Below, one piece after another: positions 10,465-24,000 of a stretch of 64,000 nt of DNA. The stretch is from contig OX597819.1 of the NCBI GenBank assembly GCA_951406725.2, forward strand, positions 84,134,001 to 84,198,000, written 5' to 3'. The DNA is from Octopus vulgaris. Its lineage: Eukaryota. Position numbers and translations under genes: made by a program. Under the pieces are notes generated by a model. The model was not told where the DNA came from and made no database searches. It worked only from the letters and a program-made list of their open reading frames with translations. Position 1 is the first letter of the stretch. Each line of letters begins with the position of its first letter.

Positions 10465-10920
10465 CCTGGCAGAATTGCTATCACACTGGACAAAATGCTA
10501 AATGCTCAGCAGCATTTCTCCTAACACATTATGTTCTAAGTTAAAATTCTGCTGAGGTCTTCTTTACCTTTCAACCTTTTTAGAGTTGATGAAATTAGTA
10601 CAAGTTAAGTATTGTGGTTGATGTAATTGTCTTGCCCCCTTCTCTCAAATTTACTGACCTTGTGCTAAAATTAAAAACGATTATTATGTACCTCTGCCAA
10701 TCCACCAACCTAGAGTAGAGCATCAGCAGAATCATTAAAGTAATGAACAAAATGCTTTCTGGCATTTCTTCTGTCTTTTTCCAACTTGAGTTCAAATACT
10801 ACTGAGATCATTTTTGTCTTTTATCCTTCCAAGGTCAATAAAATAAAATAGCTGTCATGAACTGAGACCGATGTCCTAAGCTAACCATTTCCCTCAAAAT
10901 TTCTTACCTCATGCTTGTAT
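10465..10920 (+). mobile_element. Two adjacent degenerate copies of a third SINE family (Nin/Deu-like domain)
   Basis: 10465-10690 and 10720-10920 share CAGAAT...ACAAAATGCT...GCATTTCT...AGTT.AAAT.CT.CTGAG.TC...TTT..CTTT.A.CCTT; the family assignment is from memory of the consensus. Confidence 0.6.
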
Positions 10921-11220
10921 TATGCACCTTGGTATCAGAATATCAGTTTATGTCTAATTGTGTAGATTATTAATGTAGCCAAATATGAAAGCATTTATTG
11001 AAAAAATGAAATAGAAGTTTTGGCAGATTTTTTCAAGATTGGATTGTAAACTAAACTCTCTCTCTCTCTCACACACACACACATGCACACAAGCACATGT
11101 GTGCACTCACACAGTACTTAGTGTTCTTGTGCATGGCCTTAAGAAATTTGAATACTTCTAAAATCTTAACAATATGGTGAAGGTGAATATACATATGATT
11201 GTGTCCCCCATAAATAATAT

Positions 11221-11462
11221 TCTATTCTTTTATTATTTTATTCATTTCAGTCATTTAACTGTGGCCTTGCTGCACCTCCTTAAAGGGTTGTAGTCAAAGA
11301 AATTGACCCCAGAACTTATTCTTTGCAAGCCTAGTACTTATTCTATCTGTCTCTTTTGCCAAACCACTAAGTTACAGGTCATAAACATACCAGTATTGGT
11401 TGTCATGTGATGGTGGGGGAACAAACACAGACACAAACATACATAATATATATATACACACA

Positions 11463-11540
<78 letters not shown>

Positions 11541-11687
11541 TACAGTGGGCGCCTTTCAGTTTCTGTCTACCAGATCCACTCACAAGACTTTGGTTGGCAT
11601 GAGGCTATAGTAGAAGACACTGGCCCAAGGTGCCAAGTAGTGGGACTGAACCCAGAAACATGTGGTTAGGAAGCAAGTTTCCTACCA
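11221..11687 (-). mobile_element. tRNA-derived CORE-like SINE, near full length
   Basis: Reverse complement of the 7881-8320 copy, including the B-box GGGTTCAGTCCC and the internal (TA)n/(TG)n tract. Confidence 0.88.
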
Positions 11688-11699
11688 TCTTATTGAACT

Positions 11700-12870
11700 T
11701 ATGCATGCAATTAGTAGGCAATAACTACTTTTAGCTAAGTTCTTAAAGTTAAATGAGAAGGGGCGTCCATCGCTTTTTTTAGAGTGTCTGGGAGTAGTGC
11801 TATCTATGTTTTTAGATAAAGGAGTGCTATCTATATTTTTGGAGAATGGAGGTGGGTGGCAAGGCCCGTTGCTGTTAGCTGTTTTAGTTGTGGGGTCTAG
11901 GTTGCCTAGGTGTAAGTTCTTCCAGGGTTCTATTGACGAGTGTGTGTGGTTGGTTGCGATTGTGATAGTTGGTGCATCTTTGAGATGTGATTTGAGATAT
12001 ATATTGTTTGAGCCTGGTGTTATGGATGTATTTTATTTGTTGGGAAAAGCCACTAGCAGAGAGTGCTTGATTGTAATATGGTGCGTGATTATTGAAAATT
12101 TCGTCAGTGGAAGAGAAGTCGGACATGTGGGTTGAGATGCCCTTGATTATGTTATCAAAAGTGGATTTGTGGTGATTGGAGTGGATGTTAAGGTATTTAA
12201 GATATTGGTTAGGTTTGTGGTAAGGGAAGTATTGGGAAGTTGATAAGTTTAGAGTTATGTCTAAAAAGTTAGCAGTTTTGTGAGTGTTCTCAAATGTGAT
12301 AGACAGATTTAGGTTAAAGAAGAATTTATGCAGATCTTTTCTAGTTCTTTCCAAGGAGGATTTATTTATGCTTTTGGTAACAAGCAAGGCATCGTCCCTA
12401 TATTAGGCCTCCCTTGATGTTAGGGAAATGCATATGGAGTTGGTGGAGTATATACAGTCCAACCAAGTCAGTGACCCGAGCTGAATCAGATGATCCCATG
12501 GTTATGTCAAATAGGTTGTTATGGTTATTGTTATGGTGATTGGCCCAGCACCAGAGTTTGTCTCCAAAAGGAATAAGGGTTTTGCAGGCATTAAGTATTA
12601 TATTAATTTCTAGCGGGGTTAGGCTAGTAAGGTTCTTAGCTAGAAGAAGACCTTGATTTAGAAGTTTAGGAGAAATAGAAGATTAGTAATTATTTATGTC
12701 GAATTGTAGGAAGGAATATGAGTATTTGATCGGTAGAAGATGGAACCATGTAATAACTTCACTAGTATGGGACCATAGGTTAACATTTAATTTGTCATTG
12801 ATGATTGGTTTTATTTTGTCTAAAATGTTTTTGCTTACCCTTCCTAGGTCGGATTTGGTGGGGCATATCT
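11700..12870 (-). mobile_element. Decayed Penelope-like element, reverse transcriptase region
   Basis: FLQFDINNY*SSIS (motif A), LFDITMGSSDSARVTDLVGLYIL (motif B), GL..YRDDAL (frameshifted catalytic motif), NFLDITLNL...PYHKPN...Y.N.HSNH and APYYNQAL..SGF. Confidence 0.92.
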
Positions 12871-13289
12871 TTCTGTCTCTCTCACCCTCACCTCTCCTTT
12901 CCTTCTATCAATTTATCCTGACTGACCACTAGCCAGTACACTCTCCCTGTCTTCATTTCTTTATTATCTCTCTCACCGCTTTTCTCTTTTCTCTGTTTTT
13001 TTTTCCTCTCTTCCTATTCTTGATTTGACCTTACAAACAGATTCCCAACTTTAAGTCACTTAAAAAAAACCCCTTGGTCCAATAAAACTGTGTACAAACT
13101 CTATACTTGGAATGACCAATTTTAAATACTACTAGAACTTACACACAAGGCACAGGAAACTTATATGTATACCATTCTGCTTAAATAATGGAACTGCAGA
13201 TACAGTATCCCTGCATATCTCACATCTGTTTTCATTCCTCCACTTCACTCTCTATTTCATATCTTCTCTAGAGTAACTATTGCTTAACC

Positions 13290-13340
13290 TTTTTCTCTGA
13301 TGAAGGGATATATAAAATATCCCAGAAATAGCTGTAAGGC
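13290..13340 (+). ncRNA. Minimal hammerhead-like motif in a probable inverted pLTR (12870-13530) upstream of the Penelope RT
   Basis: UCU-CUGAUGA-A-GGGAUAU AUAAA AUAUCCC-A-GAAA-UAGCU-GUA-AGG. Stem II is a perfect 7 bp and stem III is near-palindromic, as in PLE minimal hammerheads. Confidence 0.7.
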
Positions 13341-13538
13341 CTTCTCTTTATAAATGTTCTGAAATCTTTCATAGCCTTGGATTTTTATCTCATTCTGTTA
13401 ATTCGTTATATATATCCATGCTAATATATGACCTACATTGGACTCTTCATTCGCCTAATCACAGAACCTGGAGCTTAACTATAGTCTGTCCATACCTGAT
13501 ACCTTTGGGTCTTCTTGACACCATTACTTCTCATAACC

Positions 13539-13800
<262 letters not shown>

Positions 13801-14034
13801 CTTTGTATATATGGAAAGAAGAGGTGTATTCCCATACAAGAAAACATTTAGGAGAATTTGTTTTCAAACCCCAAAATAAATTCTCCTATATATATATATA
13901 CATACACACACACATATATAGATAGATAAATAGACTGATAGGTAGATAGATAGATCGATAGATAGAGCGATAGATAGATAGACAGATAGATAGATAAATA
14001 GATATGCATATACGTATATGTGGGTGCAAATGTG

Positions 14035-14254
14035 TTTGTGTTTATCCTTCTCTTAACATCATCTGATGGTTGCATAGTTGTAAATGAGCATTGACATCAA
14101 ATAAGTGAAATTGTTCATTTGCAGTCTTCCATGAAAAACGTGTTTGACAATGGAGAAATAGGTGAGGGTAGATGACAGGAAGGGCATCCAGCCATAGAAA
14201 AATCTGCCTCAACAAATTTCATCTGACCCACAGCATAGAAACATAGAAAAGTGA

Positions 14255-14288
<34 letters not shown>

Positions 14289-14312
14289 GGTGGTGGTGGT
14301 GGTGGTGGTGAT
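14035..14312 (+). mobile_element. 3' part of a SINE/LINE-tail-type repeat ending in (GAT)n(GGT)n
   Basis: GACAGGAAGGGCATCCAGCCATAGAAAA motif, typical of RTE-partner SINE tails, followed by a trinucleotide tail. Confidence 0.5.
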
Positions 14313-15040
14313 GTGTACTTAATATCTACAAAATGTATATTAGATATCTTTACAGACTTTAATTAATAAAAAAACATTTTTTCAAATTCATACTTTGAAG
14401 ATTTCTACCTACAGAAATTTAAATGTGTGTGTGCATACCTGTGTGTGCATATGTGCATGCATGCATGTGTGTGTGTGTGTGTCTGTGTGTGCATGTGTGT
14501 CTTTATGCATAGGTGTGTGTATGTGTGCACATATGTGTCTAATCATTCCTATTGTAAATGTGGTTAAAACTTAGCTGGAGGAGATCCCTATGAATTCTAT
14601 CGAACAACAGCTCACAATTAAATCTCACATATTAAGATATATCTGACATTGAAATGCTTTAATTTTAGGTTAAAACCCAGCTCTGCTGAAAGAATATGTC
14701 TAACAACTAGTCCTGTTGTCTCACATGAGTGACCCCTAGAAATCTTTTCTAGGTATATTACATGCTTAAGGAAAGCATGTAATAAGATTGTTACAAACAG
14801 CAACCTAAAATGTCATATATATTTAATATATATCACAGTATTAAATATATTTTTATACTTGTAATCATGGGGAAATTGAAATTATTCTTTATTTTACAAA
14901 TAGTTAATATTTTATCTGTATGAGAAAATAATTTTATAGAATTATCACATGAATTTACATACAATATTTAACTTTAATTTAGTTCCTGTTAAATTTGAAC
15001 ACTCTTCTTATAATACTCAAAATCACTAACTCATGCTTAC

Positions 15041-18000
15041 CTGTTTCTTTAACAAATGGAGTCGTGAGTTTTGGTGTATAACTACCACTTGTTGTCATAT
15101 TATAGTGTTTAGAAGTTGCTGAAACGATGGTGATATGTTGACTAACAGTAGGTGTCACTGCTGATTCCAAGCTAGTATCTATTGTAAAAGACACCGGTAT
15201 AACAGTTACATTTTTGTCAGTTGTTGATAACAAGTCAATAGTATTTGAATATAGGATATCAGCTGAGATGTGTTCTTGCTGCACTGAACTGTAACCTTTT
15301 GTAAATGAGGAAGTGTGATTTTCTGATACAGGGATTTCAAATTTTGTTTTGAATAAAAGTTTTACATCAAAAGATACGGTTTTCTCTGGCATTGACACTA
15401 AAGTTCTAGTCCTACTGGAACCTGAAGGAACAGGCCTTGCAGAAGAAAGCGCTGAAACATTCTCTGAATGCATTTTTGTTGATTTTTGGATTGACTCCAA
15501 TAATCTTGTGTCAGAACTTAATCGAGGTTGTAGAGATGTTTTGGCATATCTTGTTTTTGATAAAGTACTTGCTAACAAATGGCTAATAAAATGTGAACTT
15601 GATGCAGTAGTAGAATTTTCATCTCTTAAGCTATGTATTGTTTTTGAAGTAAAATGCTCGGTGGTATTATAACTACTATGAAATGATACAAGATAATCAA
15701 AGGTTTTAAGCCTTTGGGTTTGGCTTTGTGTATCATATCTCCTAACTTTCTGTCTAGAATGATCATACAATGGTGAAACTGTGGTTAAATATGCACTGGA
15801 TATTATTCTACTAGGCCTCTGAGTTGTTTTATTAAATTCTGACAAATAATCAGTTAATTTAATTGAAGAGAAAATTATCTTTGAAGTTGCCCTGGAGTAT
15901 TCTAAAATGCTACTTTTTGTAGAAGCTTCAGAAGTTACAGTGAGTATTTCTGTTACAGAAGCATCAGTAGATTTAATAGTCCCCTTTAATAAATCAATCA
16001 TATAAATATCATCTTTCAACTGATATGAATAGGTTGTTGTATCTATAACCCTAAATGTTTCATTAAGTCTAGAAGTTGTTTTATCTATTGTAGATATTGT
16101 ACTATCTAGAAAACTATGTGTTATATTATATTTGTAAATTCCATCTGTATGCCCATATGTCAATGTTCTATTATCTTTAAGTTCTGGAGTAAAAGTTTTA
16201 CTATCTCTAATTCTATACATATAAGTTATATTATCTCTTAGCCCATATGCAAAAGTTGTGCTATCTGTATAAGTAATATTAAATCTAGGAAATATACTTT
16301 CAGTTAGCTTAGATGAAGGTAAACGTTTGTCAATTAGATCCTTTGTTACTCTATCCCAGCTTTTACTTCTTATGAGCTTAGTATAATATATTGTTGTAGA
16401 ATATTTTAATATGAGTTGCTGTGAAGTTCTAATGTAACCTGATGTGACTGCAGTGACATCTGTTGTGGTCGAGATATTAGCTTGGTATAAAGTCATATTA
16501 AATGGTCGTAATGATGTCTTTAAGTCCATTTCTTCAACTGAACTTTTTCTTTCCTTGCTTGATATTTCTCCTGAATGCATTGCATCAGTTGATGTCAAAA
16601 TGCTATAAAAAATATCAGGTTTAACAGAAACATATGGTTTCACTTCTGACATTGTCTGCACCAAAAATTTTTGTGCCTGAGTAGAAATATGCAGATCAGA
16701 TATACTCTTAGTTTCATGGACAGAGGAAATATGATGTTCATACTTTTGCTGTTCTGTCATTAGAACAGTTTCTGTGGTTACTTCTGCTTCTGCAATAAAT
16801 TCATCTGTAATCCGTCTTGTTGAAAATACTTCAAAATCTTCAGAAGTTGTTAAGGTTTTGTCCTCACTGCTAATTAAATGTTTAGTTGACAAAATACTTG
16901 ATATTTCCTTTGAAAGAAATAAAGGTTGTGAAATATTTTTAAACCTTATTTTTACTTGAAGTATATGCTTTGTAGAAGGTTGTCTTGTTATTTTATAATA
17001 AGTAGTCACATCTGTAATCCAAACTGTTGGGGTACTGCCATTCAATGGTCTGAGTAAAACTGAGAATGCTTGTTGAATTACTGTTTCATTTTGAATTTTT
17101 GAAGTAGAGAGAGGTTTTGTTTTATTTACTTCTTGTTTCACTCCTTTCTCACTAACATAATCACTAGAAGTTGTCATTTTGTCAAATTTATCTGTCTTTT
17201 TAAACTTTCTGGTGAAATACTTGGAAAAAATAATAAGACCTGTTGAAATAGAAGTTTCATCTTTTAGATAATGTGTTTTTTCTAACAGTTTAGTGTCTGG
17301 ATGTCTTTTTGAAATTGTTGTATTCCTTTCTTCTACTCTGGAAATAGAAGAAGAAATGGGAAAGAACAAAAAGTCACTTGATATGTAATGGGTAGACATT
17401 GATAAAGATAGAGTTGGCTCAGATGTATTTAGCAAAAGTGCTTCTGCCTGTGAAAATGAGCTGGAAATTTTCTGAAGAGAAATGGAAGAAGACATATGCA
17501 GATATGTTATGTTTGTTTTTGATAATTGTATTGATAATTGCTGTGGAAATATGAATGAAGATGGAAAGAATGTGGAAATATGAAGAGAGGATTCAGATGT
17601 ACTTGGGAGAGATACTGATGCATTCAAGGGAAACTTGGAAAACATTGGAATTGGTAATGAGTATAATGTTGTGTGTGGAACTGATACTGGTATATCTACT
17701 GACGAAAGTGATGTATGTGGAAGAAATGTTAGTGTACGCAGTTGGAATGGTGAAATGCGTATAAAGGATACTGAGATATCCAGTGTGGACATTGTTGTGG
17801 ATTGAAGCAATATTGAATCATCCAGTAAAAACGTTGATGAATGTAGGAATGAGAATGATGCATTCAATGTTGATATTGATGTGTGTGGAAAATAAGTTGA
17901 TTTATCCTGTGGAGACACCGATGAGAGAGAAAAGTAAGCTGATTTATTATGTGGAGACATTGATGTGTGTGGAAAGTAAGTTGATTTATCCACTGGAGAC

Positions 18001-21000
18001 ATCGATGTGTGTGGAAAGGAAGTTGATTTATCCACTGGAGACATTGATGTGTGTGGAAAGGAAGTTGATTTATTATGTGAAAACATTGATGTGTGGGACA
18101 AGGAAGTTGATATATCATGTGGAAACATCCATGTATGTAGAAAATAAGTTGATTTATCCACTGGAGACACTGATGTGTGTGGAAAGGAAGTTGATTTATC
18201 ATATGGAGATATTGATGTGTGTGGAAAGGCAGTTGATTTATTATGTGAAAACTTTGATGTGTGGGACAAGGAAGTTGATATATCATGTGGAAACATCCAT
18301 GTATGTAGAAAATAAGTTGATTTATCCACTGGAGACATTGATGTGTGTGGAAAGTAAGTTAATATATCATGTGGAGATATTGATGTATGTGGAAAGTAAG
18401 TTGATTTATTAATTGGAGACATTGATGTGTATGGAAAGTAAGTTGGTTTGTCATGCGGAGACATCGATGTGTGTGGAAAGTAAGTTAATATATGATGTGG
18501 AGACATTGATGTGTGTGGAAAGGAAGTTGATTTATCCACTGGAGACACTGATGTGTGTGGAAAGTAAGTTGATTTATCCAATGGAGACATTGATGTGTGT
18601 GGAAAGTAAGTTGATATATGATGTGGAGACATCGATGTGTGTGGAAAGTAAGTTAACATATCGTGTGGAGACATTGATGTGTGTGGAAAGTAAGTCGATT
18701 TATTCACTGGAGACATCGATGTGTGTGGAAAATAAGTTAATATATCATATGGAGATATTGATGTATGTGGAAAGTAAGTTGATTTATTCATTGGAGACAT
18801 TGATGTGTATGGAAAGTAAGTTGGTTTGTCATGTGGAGACATCGATGTGTGTGGAAAGTAAGTTAATATATGATGTGGAGACATTGATGTGTGTGGAAAG
18901 TAAGTTGATTTATCCACTGGAGACATTGATGTATGTGGAAAGGAAGTTGATTTATCCGATGGAGATATTGATGTGTGTGAAAAGTAAGTTGATTTATCCA
19001 CTGGAGACATTGATGTGTGTGGAAAGTAAGTTGATATATCCATTGGAGACATCGATGTGTGTGGAAAGTAAGTTAACATATCGTGAGGAGACATTGATGT
19101 GTGTGGAAAGTAAGTCGATTTATCCACTGGAGACACTGATGTGTGTGGAAAGTAAGTTAATATATCATGTGGAGATATTGATGTATGTGGAAAGTAAGTT
19201 GATTTATCCACTAGAGACATTGATGTGCCTAGAAAGTAAGTTGGTTTGTCATGTGGAGATATTGATGTGTGTGGAAAATAAGTTGATATATGATGTGGAG
19301 ACATCGATGTGTGTGAAAAGTAAGTTGATTTATTCACTGGAGACATTGATGTATGTGGAAAGGAAGTTGATTTATCCAGTGGAGATATTGATGTGTGTGG
19401 AAAGTAAGTTGATATATGATGTGGAGACATTGTTCTGTGTGGAAAGTAAGTTGATTTATCCACTGGAGACATTGATGTGTGTGGAAAGTAAGTCGATTTA
19501 TCCACTAGAGACATTGATGTGTGTGGAAAGTAAGTTGATTTACCCACTGGAGACATTGAGGTCCATGGGAAGTAAGTTAATATATCATGTGGAGATATTG
19601 ATGTGTATGGAAAGTAAGTCGATTTATCCACTGGAGACATTGATGTGTATGGAAAGTAAGTTGATTTATCATGTGGAGATATTGATGTGTGTGGAAAGTA
19701 AGTTGATATATGATGTGGAGACATCGATGTGTGTGGAAAGTAAGTCGATTTATTCACTGGAGACATTGATGTGTGTGGAAAGTAAGTTGATCTATCCACT
19801 GGAGACATCGATGTGCGTGGAAAGTAAGTTGATTTATCATGTGGAGACATCGATGTATGTGGAATATAAGTTGATTTATCCAGTGGAATCATTGATGTGT
19901 GTGGAAATGAAGTTGATTTATTATACGAAAACATTGATGTGTGTGACAAGTAAGTTGATATATCATGTAAAAACATCGGTGTGTGTGGAAAGTAAGCTGA
20001 TTTATCATGTGGAGACATCGATGAGTGTGGAAAGCCAGTTGATTTATCCACTGCAAACATCGGTGCATGTGGAAAGTAAGTTGATATATCCATTGGAGAC
20101 ATTGATGTGTGTGGAAAGTAAGTTGATTTATCATGTGAAGGCATTGGTGCATGTTGAAAGTAAGTTGATATATCATATGGAGACATTGATGTATGTGGAA
20201 AGTAAGCTGATATATCATGTGGAGATACTGAGGGCTGCATTGTAACCAAAAGAGATTCTGATGTAAGTGGCAGAGATCCTAATACAGTTGTCGGATACAT
20301 TGATATATTTGTGTGTGATATTGATATATTCAATGGAATCACTGAAGTGCTTAGAAGAGATATCAGTATATTCACTGTAGATGTTGATGTATACTGATAT
20401 AGTGTTGGTTGATGAAATGGGAATACATATGTATGGGGCAAAGATACAGACGTATCCAATAGAGACATAAATGTTTGGTGAGAAGACATACCCAATGTCA
20501 GTGATAAATGAGAAAGTGTTAGGGGTACATGTTGTGTGGGTACAAAAATACCTAGTGGTGATACAGATTCTGACGTGCTTAATGCAAACATTGATGTGTA
20601 TGGGAAGGATGGAGATGTATCTATTGATACTACTGACATGTGTGAATGAGATTCTGATAAATACAGTTGAGATGAAGATGTATATAATTTGGACATATCT
20701 AAAGGGGATTCTGATGTATGTGAAAGCAACTTTGGAAACTTAATTGGGACCATTGATGTATATGAAAAGAATACTGATTCATCTGACAGGGACACTGTTA
20801 TTTCTGCAGGAGATACTGATATGTCCAATGGAGATGGTGATGTATACAAAAGTGATATAGATTTATCTACTAAAGGCAATAAATGTTGTGGCTTGGATAC
20901 CATATGTGGCTTGGGTATACTTAAGGGTAGTATTGTTATAACTGGATGAGATACTGATTTATCAAATGGAGGTCTTGATATTCTGGGATAAGATACTGCT

Positions 21001-24000
21001 ATCTGTAGTGAAGATATTGATGCATGTGGATGTGACATTGACATATACAATTTTGATATTGAACTGTATGGATGGGATACTAACATATCTATTTTAGATT
21101 TTGATGTTTGCAGATGGAATACCGATATACTCAATGGAAATGTTGATGTAGATGGGTGGAATACTGGTATCTTTAATGTAGATTTTGAGCTATATGAATG
21201 GGATGTCGACATGTCCACTGGAAATACAAAAATATGCAGAAAGGGGCTTAATGTATCCAAAGGAGACACAGTTGCTAGCAAATGGGTGGATACATACGAT
21301 GGAGACATAGTTGTCTGAAAGAGAGATGTCAAAGTGTATGAGTCTGTTGATATGTTCACTATGTACATAAATTTATGAGTGTATGGTGTTGATATATTCA
21401 GTAAATATACTGATATATGTATGTATGATGTTGACACATTATATGGGTGCATTGATGTAAATTTATCTAACCCTGATGCATTCCAAAGGTGCATTGATAT
21501 CAGTGTATCTGCTGATACATTCAATAGGTACAGTGGTATATCTGTAAATGATGTTGATACATAAAATAAATCCCTTGATGTATTTGTGCTTGATATTGTT
21601 ACACTCAATGGGTGCATTGAGGTTTGTTTCTCTGATAGTGACATACTTAATAGATACATTAAAGTATGTACATCTGGTATTGACATATTTGATATGTATA
21701 TTGTTATTTGTATGGCTGATGTTGACACATTTAATGGAAACATTGATGTTTGTATCTGTGATGTTGAGGTATTTATCAGATGTGTGGATTTATATGACTC
21801 TGAAAATGATATATTTGAAGGATATATTAATGTATGTATGTCTAATACTGATACATTTGATGGGTACATTGTTGTGTGTATCTCTAATGTTGACATGTCA
21901 GATGGGTACTTTGATGTATGTATGTCTGTGTGTGTTGTATTTGACAGGTACACTGATGTTAGTATGTCTGATGTTGATACATTTGATGGGTACATTGAGG
22001 TATATATGTCCAATGTTGACAAATTAGATGGGTACATTGAAATTTGTATGTCTGATGCTGATACAGTTGACTGGTATATTGATGGATGTATGCCTGATGT
22101 CGACAAATTAAATGGATGCACTGATGCATGTATGCCTGATGTGGACAAATTGGAAAGGTACATTGATGTATGCATGTATGATGTTGACAAATTGGATGGG
22201 TACATTGATATATGTATGCCTGATGTGGACAAATCGGAAGGGTACATTGATGTATGTATGTCTGATGTTGACAAATTGGATGGGTACATTGATGTATGTA
22301 TGTCTGATGTTGACAAATTGGATGGGTACATTGGTATATGTATGTCTGATGTGGACAAATTGGATGGGTACATTGATGTATGTATGTCTGATGTGGACAA
22401 ATTGGAAGGGTACATTGATGTATGTATGTCTGATGTTGACAAATTGGATGGGTATGTTGATGTATGTATGCCTGAAGCTGACAAATTAAATGGGTACATT
22501 GATGTATGTATGTCTGATGTTGACAAATTGGAAGGGTACATTGATGTATGTATGTCTGATGTTGACAAATTGGATGGGTACATTGAAGTATGTATGCCTG
22601 ATGTGGAGAAATTGGAAGGGTACGTAGATGTATGTATGTCTGATGTGGACAAATTGGAAGGGTACATTGATGTATGTATGGCTGATGTTGAGAAATTGGA
22701 TGGGTACATTGATATATGTATGCCTGAGGTGGACAAATTAAATGGATGCACTGATGTATGTATGTCTGATGTTGACAAATTGGATGGGTATGTTGATGTA
22801 TGTATGCCTGACGCTGACAAATTAGATGGGTACATTGATGTATGTATGTCTGATGTTGACAAATTGGATAGGTATGTTGATGTATCTATGCCTGATGTCG
22901 ACAACTTAAATGGATACATTGATGTATGTATGCCTGATGTGGACAAATTGGATGGGTACATTGATGTGTGTATGTCTGATGTGGACAAATTAAATGGATG
23001 CACTGATGTATGTATGTCTGATGTGGACAAATTGAAAGGGTACATTGATGTGTGTATGTCTGATGTTGACAAATTGGATAGGTATGTTGATGTATGTATG
23101 CCTGATGTCGACAACTTAAATGGATACATTGATGTATGTATGCCTGATGTGGACAAATTGGATGGGTACATTGATGTGTGTATGCCTGATGTCGACAAAT
23201 TAAATGGATGCATTGATGTATGTATGCCTGATGTGGACAAATTGGATGGGTACATTGATGTGTGTATGCCTGATGTTGACAAATTGGAAGGGTACATTGA
23301 TATGTATATGTCTGATGTTGACAAATTAGATGGGTACATTGATGTATGTATGTCTGATGTGGACAAATTAGAAGGGTACATTGATGTATGTATGTCTGAT
23401 GTTGACAAATTAGATGGGTATATTGATATATCTATGTCTGATGTTGACAAATTGGATGGGTACGTTGATGTATGTATGTCTGATGTTGACAAATGAGATG
23501 GGTACATAGATGTATGTAAGCCTGATGTGGACAAATTGGAAGGGTAGGTTGATGTATGTATATCTGACACTGACAAATTAAATGGATACATTGAAGTATG
23601 TATGTCTGATGTTGACAAATTGGAAGGGTACATTGATGTATGTATGCTTGATGTTGACAAATTAGATGGGGTCATTGATGTATGTATGTCTGATGCTGAT
23701 ACATTTGATGGGTACATTGATATGTATATGTCTGATGTTGACAAATTAGATGGGTACATTGACGTATGTATGTCTGATGTGGACAAATTAGAAGGGTACG
23801 TTGATGTATGTATGTCTGATGTTGACAAATTAGATGGGTATGATATATCTATGTCTGATGTTGACAAATTGGATGGGTACGTTGATGTATGTATGTCTGA
23901 TGTTGACAAATGAGATGGGTACATAGATGTATGTAAGCCTGATGTGGACAAATTGGAAGGGTAAGTTGATGTATGTATATCTGACACTGACAAATTAAAT

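Noticed and set aside
14618-14803. 61-aa minus-strand ORF just after the giant exon
   Set aside because: It is not in the phase supplied by the upstream donor and has no recognisable motif.
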